DNA of 64,000 bases from assembly GCA_965202605.1 (NCBI GenBank), contig OZ241838.1, forward strand, positions 528,883-592,882, in the 5' to 3' direction. Below the pieces are notes generated by a model. The model ran no database searches and had not been told where the DNA came from. It saw only the letters and a program-made list of their open reading frames with translations. This DNA comes from a bacterium. GTDB taxonomy: Bacteria; JAAXHH01. Below are positions 19,681-29,042 of this stretch, piece by piece (the first letter of the stretch is position 1; each line of letters begins with the position of its first letter). The position numbers and the translations under genes were made by a program.

Positions 19681-19694
19681 AGGAAGGAAAGGGC

Positions 19695-20525
19695 ATGTCA
19701 ACCGTCGAAGATCTCGTCAAGCGGATCAAAATCGAGGGCTGGTGTGTTGTAGACGGCGTGATACCACCCGATCAGGTGGAGGAGGTCCGCGACAGCTTGA
19801 TCGCCACGGCAGATGGCCGGCCCGAGGACCTGGTAAACGGCCGTCATGCAATCCGCGGGCTCATCGCCTATGACCAGGCGATCGCCCCGTACCTTTCCGA
19901 TGATCGGATCATGGGCGTCACAGAAGCGTTTTTCGGCAAGCACGTCCGCATTTCCATGACCACGGGCGTCATCCTCCACCCCGGATATCCCCGGACGGAC
20001 GATCCGGGCGGAGGTCTTCACGCGGACTGGCCCTTCGGACAGGGCTACGACTATCGCATCCCGGCGCCCTATCCCGACGCGCCGCTGCTGCTTACGAGCC
20101 TCTGGATGCTTACGCCCTTTACCAGAAAGAACGGTGGTACGGTGCTGGTGCCCGGAAGCCACAAGGCGGGCAACAATCCGACGGGCGACAGCAGCCTGGT
20201 GCCAGGAACGAGCCACCCGTCGGAGATCCAGGCCGAAGGGAATCCGGGAAGCGTGCTGCTCTTCGACAGCCGTACCTGGCACATAAATGGACACAACGAC
20301 AGCGACGAGACCCGCATGGCCGTCATCGCCCGGTATGCGGCGTGGTGGTTCAACCTCAACCCGCTGATTCCCGGTCTGTCGGACTTCGAACGCGATGCGG
20401 CCAACCGGGGATTCCGGCCGGATGACGTAGTGCCGCTGACCCCTGAGCAATATGACGCGCTGCCTGAACGCACCAGGCCCTTGTTCCATCATATCGTCCT
20501 GGGACAGAAAGTGCTCCCGTCGTGA
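19695..20525 (+). CDS. phytanoyl-CoA dioxygenase (PhyH) family Fe(II)/2-oxoglutarate oxygenase
   Basis: HxD...H facial-triad context (LHADWPF ... TWHINGHN). Strong RBS AAGGAAGGAAAGGG. Confidence 0.85.
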   Translation: MSTVEDLVKRIKIEGWCVVDGVIPPDQVEEVRDSLIATADGRPEDLVNGRHAIRGLIAYDQAIAPYLSDDRIMGVTEAFFGKHVRISMTTGVILHPGYPRTDDPGGGLHADWPFGQGYDYRIPAPYPDAPLLLTSLWMLTPFTRKNGGTVLVPGSHKAGNNPTGDSSLVPGTSHPSEIQAEGNPGSVLLFDSRTWHINGHNDSDETRMAVIARYAAWWFNLNPLIPGLSDFERDAANRGFRPDDVVPLTPEQYDALPERTRPLFHHIVLGQKVLPS

Positions 20526-20607
20526 TCACGATCGGCCTCCGCGATTCCGGATACCGGCTGTCCGGGCAGGAATCTGAACCTGCCGTTGACAGGGCCAGGA
20601 ACCTCCG

Positions 20608-22071
20608 ATGACTCAGCGCAACCGCCCCAACGTCGTACTCATCTGCGCCGACCAGCTTCGCGGCGACACCCTCGGCATCGCGGGTCATCCCGTGGTCCAC
20701 ACCCCCGGCATCGACGCCCTTGCCCATACCGGACACTACTTCCCCCGCGCAGTCTCGGAGGTGCCCTCCTGCGTGGGCGCCCGCCGGACGCTCTTCAGCG
20801 GACAGTGGCCCACGACCCATGGCATGGTCGGTTTCGACGACATGGCGCCGTGGGACGAGCCGGACACGCTCTGCCGGGTGTTCCAGCGCAACGGCTACAA
20901 GACTTACTGTATCGGCAAAAGACACGTCTACCCCCAGGACGCACCCTACGGCTTCGACCGGATCATCTCCCACGAGGAAGGCCGGTTCCTCTCCAGCGGA
21001 TATCGCGACGACTACATCGACTGGCTTGCCGATCAGGGATGGGGCGACTTCGGCCTGTTTAACGCGGGGGTGACCAACAACGGGTACTCGGCGCGTCCCT
21101 GCGTTTTTCCAGAGGAGTTCCACGTGACCACGTGGACGGCCACGCAGGCCATACGCGTCATGGACGAACACGTCCGGTATCACGGCCGGGACGTTCCCTT
21201 CTTCCTGTTCGTGTCCTTCAGCAAGCCCCACCCTCCCTGGGATCCACCCGCGTTCTTCTACGAGCGGTACGCCCGCGATCCCGACGTTCCCGGTCCGGCC
21301 ATAGGCGATCCGTCCCGCTACGTGGGTGGACGCATGTCCTTCGTCAAGGCCCACGGCCCGTTCCCGGAAGCGGAGTATCTTCCTCTTTCGCCCAAAAACG
21401 TCCGGCGGGCGCGGGCGGGTTACTACGGCTGCATCGACCACGTGGACTCCCAGGTCACGCGGTTCACCTATCACATGTGGCGCATGCTCCAGCTGCGCAA
21501 TCTCGTTTTCGCCTTCGTCGGCGACCACGGCGACATGTTGGGCGATCACCACTACTGGGCCAAGTCCTACGGGTACGAAGGTTCGATCCGCGTGCCCTTC
21601 GTCCTTAGCTTCCCCGCGCAGATGGATCTCCCCGCTGGCCGACGTTATCCCGATACGACCGTGGGCCTGGCCGACCTGATGCCCACGCTGCTCGACGTAT
21701 GCGGTCTGCCTGCGCCAGGCCGCATGGACGGCCGTTCACTCATGCCGCTCGTGCGAGGCGAGACAGACCGGCTGGACCGGGGGGCCCTGCACGCCGAGCA
21801 CCTCGAATTCGGCCATTACCTGGTCGACCACGGGAAGAAGTTCATCTGGCACTACCGGACCGGGCAATTCGAGTACTACGACCTCCGGGAAGATCCGCTC
21901 GAGTGCCGGAACCTCTACGGGGATGATCATCCAGGGGCCAGGGCCCTTCGCGAGCAGTTGCGGGACCTGATCGTTGAGCAGGGCCGGGAGAAGGACTTCA
22001 TGCGCGACGGCGAACTGAGCAACGAAGTCGCGCAAAGCCACACGCACAAGTTTCCACCCTATGCCGTGTAG
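20608..22071 (+). CDS. sulfatase family protein with non-canonical CxGxR active-site motif
   Basis: N-terminal PNVVLICADQLRGD...TPGIDALA layout of type I sulfatases. The signature position reads SCVGARRTLFSGQ rather than C-x-P-x-R. Confidence 0.85.
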   Translation: MTQRNRPNVVLICADQLRGDTLGIAGHPVVHTPGIDALAHTGHYFPRAVSEVPSCVGARRTLFSGQWPTTHGMVGFDDMAPWDEPDTLCRVFQRNGYKTYCIGKRHVYPQDAPYGFDRIISHEEGRFLSSGYRDDYIDWLADQGWGDFGLFNAGVTNNGYSARPCVFPEEFHVTTWTATQAIRVMDEHVRYHGRDVPFFLFVSFSKPHPPWDPPAFFYERYARDPDVPGPAIGDPSRYVGGRMSFVKAHGPFPEAEYLPLSPKNVRRARAGYYGCIDHVDSQVTRFTYHMWRMLQLRNLVFAFVGDHGDMLGDHHYWAKSYGYEGSIRVPFVLSFPAQMDLPAGRRYPDTTVGLADLMPTLLDVCGLPAPGRMDGRSLMPLVRGETDRLDRGALHAEHLEFGHYLVDHGKKFIWHYRTGQFEYYDLREDPLECRNLYGDDHPGARALREQLRDLIVEQGREKDFMRDGELSNEVAQSHTHKFPPYAV

Positions 22072-22210
22072 GGGGAGACGCCCTCTCCAGCGGGCCCGGC
22101 CCCTCGGGGTTCTGGACCCATCGGCCTGCATGGATTGCCGGCCGGCCTCCCGCGGGCTTTAAGAGTCTTCTCTCTTCCACGCCTTTGCTGGACCGATCGT
22201 GAGGAGCAGC

Positions 22211-23212
22211 ATGGAAAAACCGTTCAAGACCACCTATGACCGCAAAGGCCTGCGCCCCCGGTTTCCCGAGTCGATTCCGCCCGAAAAAACCCGCGACAAG
22301 CTGCTGGAACTCTTCGGCATGGCGGAAATCCCCGGGCAGGTCGATTTCTCCACAGGTGATTCGCGGGAGGAAGACGACGTCCGGCTCACGCGTCTTACAT
22401 ATGCCAATTCTCACGGCGAGACGGTCCCGGCCATCCTGATCGAGCCCCTGCACCATCCGGCCGAATACCTCCCTGGCGTGGTCTGCGTGCCGGGGACGGG
22501 CGGGTCGGCCGAGCGCATGGCCCTCGAACGGTTCTACAAGGACGGTCCGAATGAGCCGCCGCTCTATGGCTGGGCCCGGGAACTGGCGCGGAGAGGCTAC
22601 GTCACCCTCGCCATCTCGCCCAAGGGCTGCCACGGCCGGGGCACGAACGAGGTTTCCTGGTACATCGAACTCAAGCACCTGCTCGCCTACGGCATTTCGC
22701 AGATGGGGCTCCTCGTGGAGGAAGCGCTTCGGGGCGTCCGCGTGCTCGAGGCCCAGGACCGGATCGGAAACAACAAGGTGGGACTGACCGGCATGTCCCT
22801 GGGCGGGAACGCGACGTGGTACGCCATGGCCTGCGCCCCGTGGCTCGCGGCGGGCGTGCCCATTTGCGGCGGCGTAGGACAATTGGAAAGCGTCATACGG
22901 GGCGGCGACCTGTACCGGCACAGCGCCTACTTCTACGTGCCCCACATGCTCCGCTACTTCGACCATCCGGAGATTGTCGCGAACTGCATCGCGCCCCGTC
23001 CCTTCATGATGGTGGCCCCCACGTCGGACGAGGACATGCCGAAGTCCGGTGTCGATGAACTCATACGCGTGGTGGCGCCGGTATACCGCGACGCCGGTGC
23101 AGGTGAGTGTTTTCGCGTATACCAGCCCGAAGGCAACCACGTATTCCGGTTCGAGTACTTCGAATGGATGGTGGACTGGTTCGACCGGTTTCTGAAGGAT
23201 GAAGCCGCGTAG
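22211..23212 (+). CDS. alpha/beta hydrolase (dienelactone hydrolase / acetyl-xylan-esterase-like)
   Basis: Nucleophile elbow GLTGMSLGGN. ATG at 22211 is preceded by GAGGAG (the ORF track starts at a GTG at 22199). Confidence 0.75.
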   Translation: MEKPFKTTYDRKGLRPRFPESIPPEKTRDKLLELFGMAEIPGQVDFSTGDSREEDDVRLTRLTYANSHGETVPAILIEPLHHPAEYLPGVVCVPGTGGSAERMALERFYKDGPNEPPLYGWARELARRGYVTLAISPKGCHGRGTNEVSWYIELKHLLAYGISQMGLLVEEALRGVRVLEAQDRIGNNKVGLTGMSLGGNATWYAMACAPWLAAGVPICGGVGQLESVIRGGDLYRHSAYFYVPHMLRYFDHPEIVANCIAPRPFMMVAPTSDEDMPKSGVDELIRVVAPVYRDAGAGECFRVYQPEGNHVFRFEYFEWMVDWFDRFLKDEAA

Positions 23213-23215
23213 TGG

Positions 23216-23330
23216 GCGATGACCGGGCTGTGCGGAGCGGATGCGATGACCGGGCGGAGCGGAACGGAAGGGATAGCCGGCTGTGCGGAGCGGATGCGAT
23301 GACCGGGCGGAGCGGAAACGATGGCGCTTG
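23216..23330. repeat. GC-rich intergenic direct repeats (41/42-nt unit x2 with nested GCGATGACCGGG and GAGCGGAA motifs)
   Basis: The copies at 23223-23264 and 23277-23317 differ by one G. GCGATGACCGGG occurs at 23216, 23243 and 23296. GAGCGGAA-type words recur five times. Confidence 0.9.
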
Positions 23331-23399
23331 GAGCGGAATCCAGGCGATTTCAAGGGGGATTACCCTTGACGATGGCCGGAAACCGGCCTTATTGTTCAT

Positions 23400-24647
23400 G
23401 TGTTCCCAACCACAATTTCCACGCGGGATGAAATCGTGAGCGAATCCGTCAAGGACTCCAACGGACAGGTTGAATCCTCCAGACCGGCTGAATCTGCCGG
23501 CCGGCCCGGACGGCCTGGCCAGCCTGGACGGCCCGAAGCGCCCGTGCCGCCCGAAATCGTCGGTCCGGACCCCGCCGCGCTGACCGACGAGGAGGTGCTG
23601 ACCGAGGGACCCGAGTACAACGCGCCGCTCCCGAAGAAGCGCGTGAAGTGGTACCGCTGCCGCGTGACCCGTGAACAGCTGGCCAGCCTGAACCGGCGCA
23701 GCGATTTCCTCGGATTCGTCCAGACCCTGGGCTATCTCGCCGTACTCGCCGCGGGGGCCGGGATCGCCATCTACTCTTCCCTTAACTGGCCCTGGTACGT
23801 AACCGCCCTGCTGGTGTTCGTCAACGGGCATTTCTGGCATTTCCTGGTAAACGGGTTTCACGAACTGGTCCACGATTCCGTCTTCAGGACCCGCTGGCTT
23901 AACCGGTTCTTCCTCCGCGTCTATTCCTTCCTGGGGTGGCATAGCCATCACCACTTCTGGGCAAGCCATACCGAACATCACAAGTACACGCTCCATCATC
24001 CCGACGACCAGGAGGTGGTCCTGCCCGCGAAGTTCGACCTGCGGAACATGTGGAAGTGGTCGATCGTCAACTACCGCTACCCCTACGACCTTATCAAAGG
24101 CAGGCTGGCGGCCGTCGCGGGGAAGATCCCGGGTGACCGATGGACGCAGGAGCTCTTTCCGGAGAGCGATCCGGAGCGGCGCCGCGCCTATACCAACTGG
24201 GAACGGATCATGTTCACCGGGCACGTGCTGATCGCGGGCGTATCGCTGGTGTACGGCCTCTGGGTCGTTCCCCTGGTCATCACCTTCCCCAAGATGTTCG
24301 GCTCATGGCTTCAGTTCCTGTGCAACGCCACGCAGCACGTGGGCCTTCAGGACGAGGTTCCCGACTACAGACTGTGCTGCAGGACGTTCTATATCAACCC
24401 CGTCCTGCAGTTCCTGTACTGGCACATGAACTACCATACCGAGCATCACATGTACGCCGCGGTGCCCTGCTACAGGCTGGGCAGGCTGCACCGGCTCATC
24501 AGGCACGAGATGCCCTATTGCACCAGCGGACTTTGGGAGACCTGGAAGCAGATCATCCAGATCATGGACCGCCAGGAAGAAGACCCCGACTACCAGTTCA
24601 TCGCCCAGCTCCCGGCTGATTCCCCCGCACAGCGGAATACCGCGTGA
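23400..24647 (+). CDS. membrane fatty-acid-desaturase family protein
   Basis: Three His boxes (HELVHD, HHHFWASHTEHH, HTEHHMY) and hydrophobic helices. Pro/Gly-rich N-terminal extension. The GTG start at 23400 is uncertain; an in-frame GTG at 23436 is also possible. Confidence 0.8.
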   Translation: MFPTTISTRDEIVSESVKDSNGQVESSRPAESAGRPGRPGQPGRPEAPVPPEIVGPDPAALTDEEVLTEGPEYNAPLPKKRVKWYRCRVTREQLASLNRRSDFLGFVQTLGYLAVLAAGAGIAIYSSLNWPWYVTALLVFVNGHFWHFLVNGFHELVHDSVFRTRWLNRFFLRVYSFLGWHSHHHFWASHTEHHKYTLHHPDDQEVVLPAKFDLRNMWKWSIVNYRYPYDLIKGRLAAVAGKIPGDRWTQELFPESDPERRRAYTNWERIMFTGHVLIAGVSLVYGLWVVPLVITFPKMFGSWLQFLCNATQHVGLQDEVPDYRLCCRTFYINPVLQFLYWHMNYHTEHHMYAAVPCYRLGRLHRLIRHEMPYCTSGLWETWKQIIQIMDRQEEDPDYQFIAQLPADSPAQRNTA

Positions 24648-25771
24648 AAATCACAGCCATCAAACTGTTCGTCCTCGAAGACCCTGACCAGCCGCAGTAT
24701 TACCATTTGTTGAAACGGGTCCCGGGTCTGAGGCGCACGCAGTATACCCACGGCAGCAAATCCCATTCCAAGGGCGGCAACCTGCGCCAGCACTTCATCC
24801 GGGTCGAGACCGACGAAGGCATCGAAGGCACGTGCACGACCACGATGGACCGGGAGCAGGTGGAGATCCTGCGGACCCAGGTTATGGGCAGGGACCCGCT
24901 GAACCGCGAGGAACTGTTCCAGCTGCTTCACAAGGGCACGCGCTGGCTGTACCAGAAACCGGGCTGGTTCGGGGACTTCGACAACTGCCTGTGGGACATC
25001 GCGGGCAAGAAGGCGGGCCTGCCGGTCTACGCCCTGATCGGCCGGGTCAGAGACCGGTTCCCGGCCTACCTGACCGGGGGCGACTCGGATATCGAGACCT
25101 ACCTGCGGATGATTCAGGAGGGAAAGGAATTCGGCGTAAACGCCTATAAATTCCACACCTATAAGGGCGGGAAAGCGGACATTCCCATATTCCGCGAGGT
25201 GCGCCGGATCGTCGGCCCCGACTACCTGCTCCTGAACGACCCGGTCTGCTCCTACACGCTCCAGGAAGCCATCGAGGTGGGGCGGGTCATGGAGGAACTG
25301 GACTTCGTCTGGCTGGAAGAGCCGATGCACGAACAGAAAGAGCACCAGTACCGGATACTGTGCGAGGAGTTGACCATACCGGTTATGGGGAACGAAACAC
25401 TGATGCACGACCTGGGCATTTCGACCCAGCGGCTGATGTCCGGGGCAACCGACCTGCTGCGCGCCAACGCCCGCTTCGGGACCACGCAGGTGCTGAAAAT
25501 GGCTCATTTCGCCGAGATGTACGACACCAACGTCGAGATGAACGCCGAAGGGGGCCTCTTCGGGCTCGTCCATGCCCATCTGGGATGCTGTATAGACAAT
25601 ACGGGCTTTTATGAAACAGGCGGCAACGGTTTCGTAGACACGGCCAGCACCTGGGGCATGGTCAACAAACCGCTGATCGCGGACGGCCATATCGTTCCGC
25701 CCGACGGTCCGGGCTGGGGCGCGGAGTGGGACACGGACCGCTTCGAGGCCATGACCGTGGCCGTGTATTGA
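24644..25771 (+). CDS. enolase-superfamily enzyme (mandelate racemase/muconate lactonizing family)
   Basis: MKITAIKLFVLEDP...RVETDEGIEGTCTT capping domain plus a barrel with LNDP, WLEEP and MGNE metal-ligand contexts. The GTG start overlaps the desaturase stop by 4 nt (GTGA). Confidence 0.85.
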   Translation: MKITAIKLFVLEDPDQPQYYHLLKRVPGLRRTQYTHGSKSHSKGGNLRQHFIRVETDEGIEGTCTTTMDREQVEILRTQVMGRDPLNREELFQLLHKGTRWLYQKPGWFGDFDNCLWDIAGKKAGLPVYALIGRVRDRFPAYLTGGDSDIETYLRMIQEGKEFGVNAYKFHTYKGGKADIPIFREVRRIVGPDYLLLNDPVCSYTLQEAIEVGRVMEELDFVWLEEPMHEQKEHQYRILCEELTIPVMGNETLMHDLGISTQRLMSGATDLLRANARFGTTQVLKMAHFAEMYDTNVEMNAEGGLFGLVHAHLGCCIDNTGFYETGGNGFVDTASTWGMVNKPLIADGHIVPPDGPGWGAEWDTDRFEAMTVAVY

Positions 25772-25781
25772 CGGCTCCCTC

Positions 25782-26255
25782 CTATATATCCAGGTCGACG
25801 ATTTCCCCGTCAATACTCGTTGAAGATACTTCGAGCCGGGCGACCGTTACGGGCAGGCCGAAGCGCCGCGGTCCGGCGCTCCCCGGATTGACGTACCACA
25901 CCCCGTCGCCGCGTTGTTCCAGCACCGGCTGGTGGGAATGGCCGAAAACCACGACATCGACGCCCGCGGCGACCGGATCAACGCCCAGGTCCTCGATGTC
26001 GTGCACGACGTAGATCGATCTTCCGGCAACCTCGATCAGTTCGCAAGCCGGCAGCCGCGTCGCCCAGGACTGGTAGTCGGTATTGCCCCGAACTACTGTT
26101 ACCGGGGCGATCGAACCAAGCGCATCCAGTATATCCTCGCCGCCCACGTCCCCGCCGTGAATGATCCGTTCAACTCCTTCCAGGGCGGCCAGGGCCTCCG
26201 GTCGCAACAGGCGGTGGGTATCAGAGATTACCCCGATCTTGACCGTCTGGCTCAT
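25782..26255 (-). CDS. YfcE/MJ0936-type metallophosphoesterase
   Basis: Motifs GVISDTH, HGGDV, GNTD and GHSH appear in the canonical order. I prefer the ATG at 26255 over the upstream extension. Confidence 0.8.
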   Translation of the reverse strand: MSQTVKIGVISDTHRLLRPEALAALEGVERIIHGGDVGGEDILDALGSIAPVTVVRGNTDYQSWATRLPACELIEVAGRSIYVVHDIEDLGVDPVAAGVDVVVFGHSHQPVLEQRGDGVWYVNPGSAGPRRFGLPVTVARLEVSSTSIDGEIVDLDI

Positions 26256-26307
26256 GGAACGAACGGACTCATGGTATGCTTCGGTTGGCGCACCACGCAT
26301 CCCGGGG

Positions 26308-26760
26308 CTAAGCCTGTTCTTTCATTCTTCCCGGCATCAGGCTGTACTTGCCTGGGCCGCTGAACCACAGGGCTATGTATACGGCCGCCAGTTCCATGGC
26401 GTGCGACGCGCCGCCGAGTCCCGAACCCGGATCGTCCGCGGGCAGTGACAGGTGACGCAGCATGGCCATGAGCATGGTGAGCGCGAGCAGCGTCGCCGCG
26501 GGACGGAAGAAAAGCCCGAGGATCAGGAGGATCGAGCAGACGAACTCCGCGAACCCGGCCATGAAGCCCCAGAACGCCGGGAGAAAGCTGATGCCGATCA
26601 GTTCCATGTTGCCGCCGATGGCGGCCCAGCGCTCGGGATTGGATATCTTCCCCCAGCCGTGAAACGCCGCCATGCTGAAGCCGATCACGACGCGGATGAT
26701 GAGCAGACCGAGGTCGGTCATGCCGAGGTTGTTTGTGAGGAAGGAAAGTAACCTATTCAT
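26308..26760 (-). CDS. DoxX family membrane protein
   Basis: 150 aa with four helices and a DoxX-like N-terminus (DLGLLIIRVVIGFSMAAFHGWGK). ATG at 26760. Confidence 0.8.
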   Translation of the reverse strand: MNRLLSFLTNNLGMTDLGLLIIRVVIGFSMAAFHGWGKISNPERWAAIGGNMELIGISFLPAFWGFMAGFAEFVCSILLILGLFFRPAATLLALTMLMAMLRHLSLPADDPGSGLGGASHAMELAAVYIALWFSGPGKYSLMPGRMKEQA

Positions 26761-26925
26761 AACAGATTCCTTTTGGATTGGTGAAGGTCGACACGCGATG
26801 ACATTGATATCACGCAACGAATGACTGCACTGATCACGGGCCGATGTACCACCGGTTTCATTTAACCGAGGCAAACCGCTCAGACCGGATCTCCCGGTGG
26901 TGAAAGACTCACCACACGCCGTCCG

Positions 26926-27924
26926 TCAAGTCCATGACACCTCCCGCGATTCGCCGCCGGGTCCGGCCCGGAGGATGGTGTCCGCAACGGCGATGGCCTT
27001 GATAGCCTCGGTGCCCGGCGAAAGGCACGTGACGTCTCCGCGGACACAGGATAGAAAATGCTCGGCCTGACAGGTGTACATGTCGGGCTCGGATTTCGAT
27101 TTGATCAGCGTCTGCTCACCCTCCCGGTCCGTGAAACAGCAGTACTGATGAGGCACGTCGTCTTCCGGTTCCGGCAAGTCGCCGGTACCGAATTGAATGA
27201 AGCCTTTCGGCCCGATGACGTCGTGCAGTCCGTTCCCCCGCGCCGCCCAGCTCCACGACATGAGCAACTGGTTTCCGTTTCGGTATCGGACAATGGCGGA
27301 ACAGGTGTCCAGGGCGGTCGATTCCGGATCCAGATTGACCGAACTGGACAAGACGCTTTCCGGATCTCCGAAGAGGAAATTCGCAAAATCGTAGTTGTGG
27401 ACGGCGCCGTCCATGAGGGGGCCGCCGCCCATATCGTGGTCCATGTACCATCTGCCCGGTCCGAAACCGGCCATGGCGTTGCGCCAGAGTATGGGAGCAC
27501 CCAGTTTTCCCGATGCCACACAGGCGCCCCAGGACTTCCAGTAAGGGTCGAAGCGGCGGCAGTGGGCGACCATGAGGACGGTGTTCCGGCGATCCGCCTC
27601 ATCGTTCAATCTCTTGCATTCCTCCACCGTACGGGCCATGGGTTTCTCCACAAGCACGGGAATGCCGGCGGCCAGTGCGGTCGATACCGCGGCGTAATGC
27701 AGGCCGGTGGGCACGGCGACCACGACGGCGTCTACCTCGCCGCTGTCGACAAGGGCTTCGGCGGAATCGAACAGCCGCGTATTCGGGAAGCTCCCCGCAA
27801 ATCTCTCCCGCATCTCCGGGGATGGGTCCGCGGCCGCAGCCAGTTGACAACCATCCACGCCGTCGAAGGCCCTGGCCTGGTGCGACCCCATTCCGCCTAG
27901 TCCAATAGAACCCACCCGGATCAT
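26926..27924 (-). CDS. Gfo/Idh/MocA family oxidoreductase
   Basis: N-terminal Rossmann motif IRVGSIGLGGMG, the EKP motif (VLVEKPMA), and a C-terminal alpha/beta domain. Confidence 0.9.
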   Translation of the reverse strand: MIRVGSIGLGGMGSHQARAFDGVDGCQLAAAADPSPEMRERFAGSFPNTRLFDSAEALVDSGEVDAVVVAVPTGLHYAAVSTALAAGIPVLVEKPMARTVEECKRLNDEADRRNTVLMVAHCRRFDPYWKSWGACVASGKLGAPILWRNAMAGFGPGRWYMDHDMGGGPLMDGAVHNYDFANFLFGDPESVLSSSVNLDPESTALDTCSAIVRYRNGNQLLMSWSWAARGNGLHDVIGPKGFIQFGTGDLPEPEDDVPHQYCCFTDREGEQTLIKSKSEPDMYTCQAEHFLSCVRGDVTCLSPGTEAIKAIAVADTILRAGPGGESREVSWT

Positions 27925-28187
27925 GATCTGTCCTTTCGTGGAATGCCTGGAGAAACAACCGGGCGTTCGCGATTGCCGCTGATTCAGATTCCACAGCCCA
28001 TGGCGGAATTCGTCAGCAGGGCATATTCGTCAATTATGAAACATAGCGGAGGAAATGCTTGTCCAAAATAGTAGGTGATTTAACTTGAAAGTTGTCAAGT
28101 TCTCTTGCCGATAGCGTATTTCGAATCGCAGCGTTGCAGCACGTACCTGTCCTGCAAGCAGCCCTCAACAAACCGGGAGAGCAAAGC

Positions 28188-28511
28188 ATGTCCATTGAAT
28201 CGGAAATCCGCGAAGCGAACCTGGCAAAAAAGGATCTGACGAACGAGGAACAATTGCAGTTCGATTTGCAGTTCGCAACCCGGCGAAAAGACCCCAGAAC
28301 CGCCCTCGCTGTCAGTATCATCGGCGGTTCGCTCGGAATTGACCGGTTTTTTATTGGTGACATTGGCCTCGGCATAGCCAAGTTACTGACCCTCGGCGGG
28401 TTCTTCATCTGGACGATCATCGACTGGTTCCTGATCATGGACGCGACCCGGGCCAATAATAACCAACTCATGCGCCAGGTCCATGACAGTATTGTTCAGT
28501 CGAGAGCGTGA
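28188..28511 (+). CDS. TM2 domain-containing membrane protein
   Basis: GIDRFFIGD motif between two hydrophobic helices. ATG at 28188 preceded by GGGAGAG. Confidence 0.8.
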   Translation: MSIESEIREANLAKKDLTNEEQLQFDLQFATRRKDPRTALAVSIIGGSLGIDRFFIGDIGLGIAKLLTLGGFFIWTIIDWFLIMDATRANNNQLMRQVHDSIVQSRA

Positions 28512-28585
28512 CGTGCACGACTGATTCGGCCTTTTCAGTTCGATAGCTGAAGCCGCGCCGGCCGCATCGGAAGCCGGCTCAATAC

Positions 28586-28975
28586 TCACCAGGTCTCCGA
28601 TGCCTCCGAAGCTTTTGGATCCGGTCCGAATCGGTTGTCGCCTTCGGTGCCCCTTATAATTAAAAACACCAGCAGCACAATTACGCCAACCAGTGGAATC
28701 AACGCGATGAGGACCCACCAGCCGCTGCGGTCCGTGTCGTGGAGGCGTCTTATGATCACCCCGAGATAGGGTAGGATGATGGCAATATAGTAGAGTGTGC
28801 TGAGAAACCCAAGGTCATCGCCGTCTATTTCGAAAGTCCACCCCATAAACTCGTCAATCACCGCGAGAAATATGGAAACGATAGCGGAGATAAGAAAAAA
28901 GAACCAGTATTCCTTTCTTCTCGCCCTCCCGCTGAAAACCGCATACTTCCTCAGCACTTCGATGTACCAATGCAT
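28586..28975 (-). CDS. DUF805 (YhaH/YhaI-like) inner membrane protein
   Basis: RARRKEYW and RRLHDTDRSGWW motifs and a C-terminal GxxGxNRFGP tail. RBS AGGAGGGAA upstream of the ATG at 28975. Confidence 0.8.
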   Translation of the reverse strand: MHWYIEVLRKYAVFSGRARRKEYWFFFLISAIVSIFLAVIDEFMGWTFEIDGDDLGFLSTLYYIAIILPYLGVIIRRLHDTDRSGWWVLIALIPLVGVIVLLVFLIIRGTEGDNRFGPDPKASEASETW

Positions 28976-29042
28976 ATTCCCTCCTGTCCCGGAGCGCAGT
29001 AAATCTCCAGGTACGATGACCACGGGTTTCAGGCAGGTTTAA

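Noticed and set aside
23460-23540. GRPGRPGQPGRP in the N-terminus of the desaturase-like protein as a second collagen-like element.
   Set aside because: It has only four triplets and lies in a region whose translation start is uncertain. It is probably a low-complexity linker or 5' UTR.
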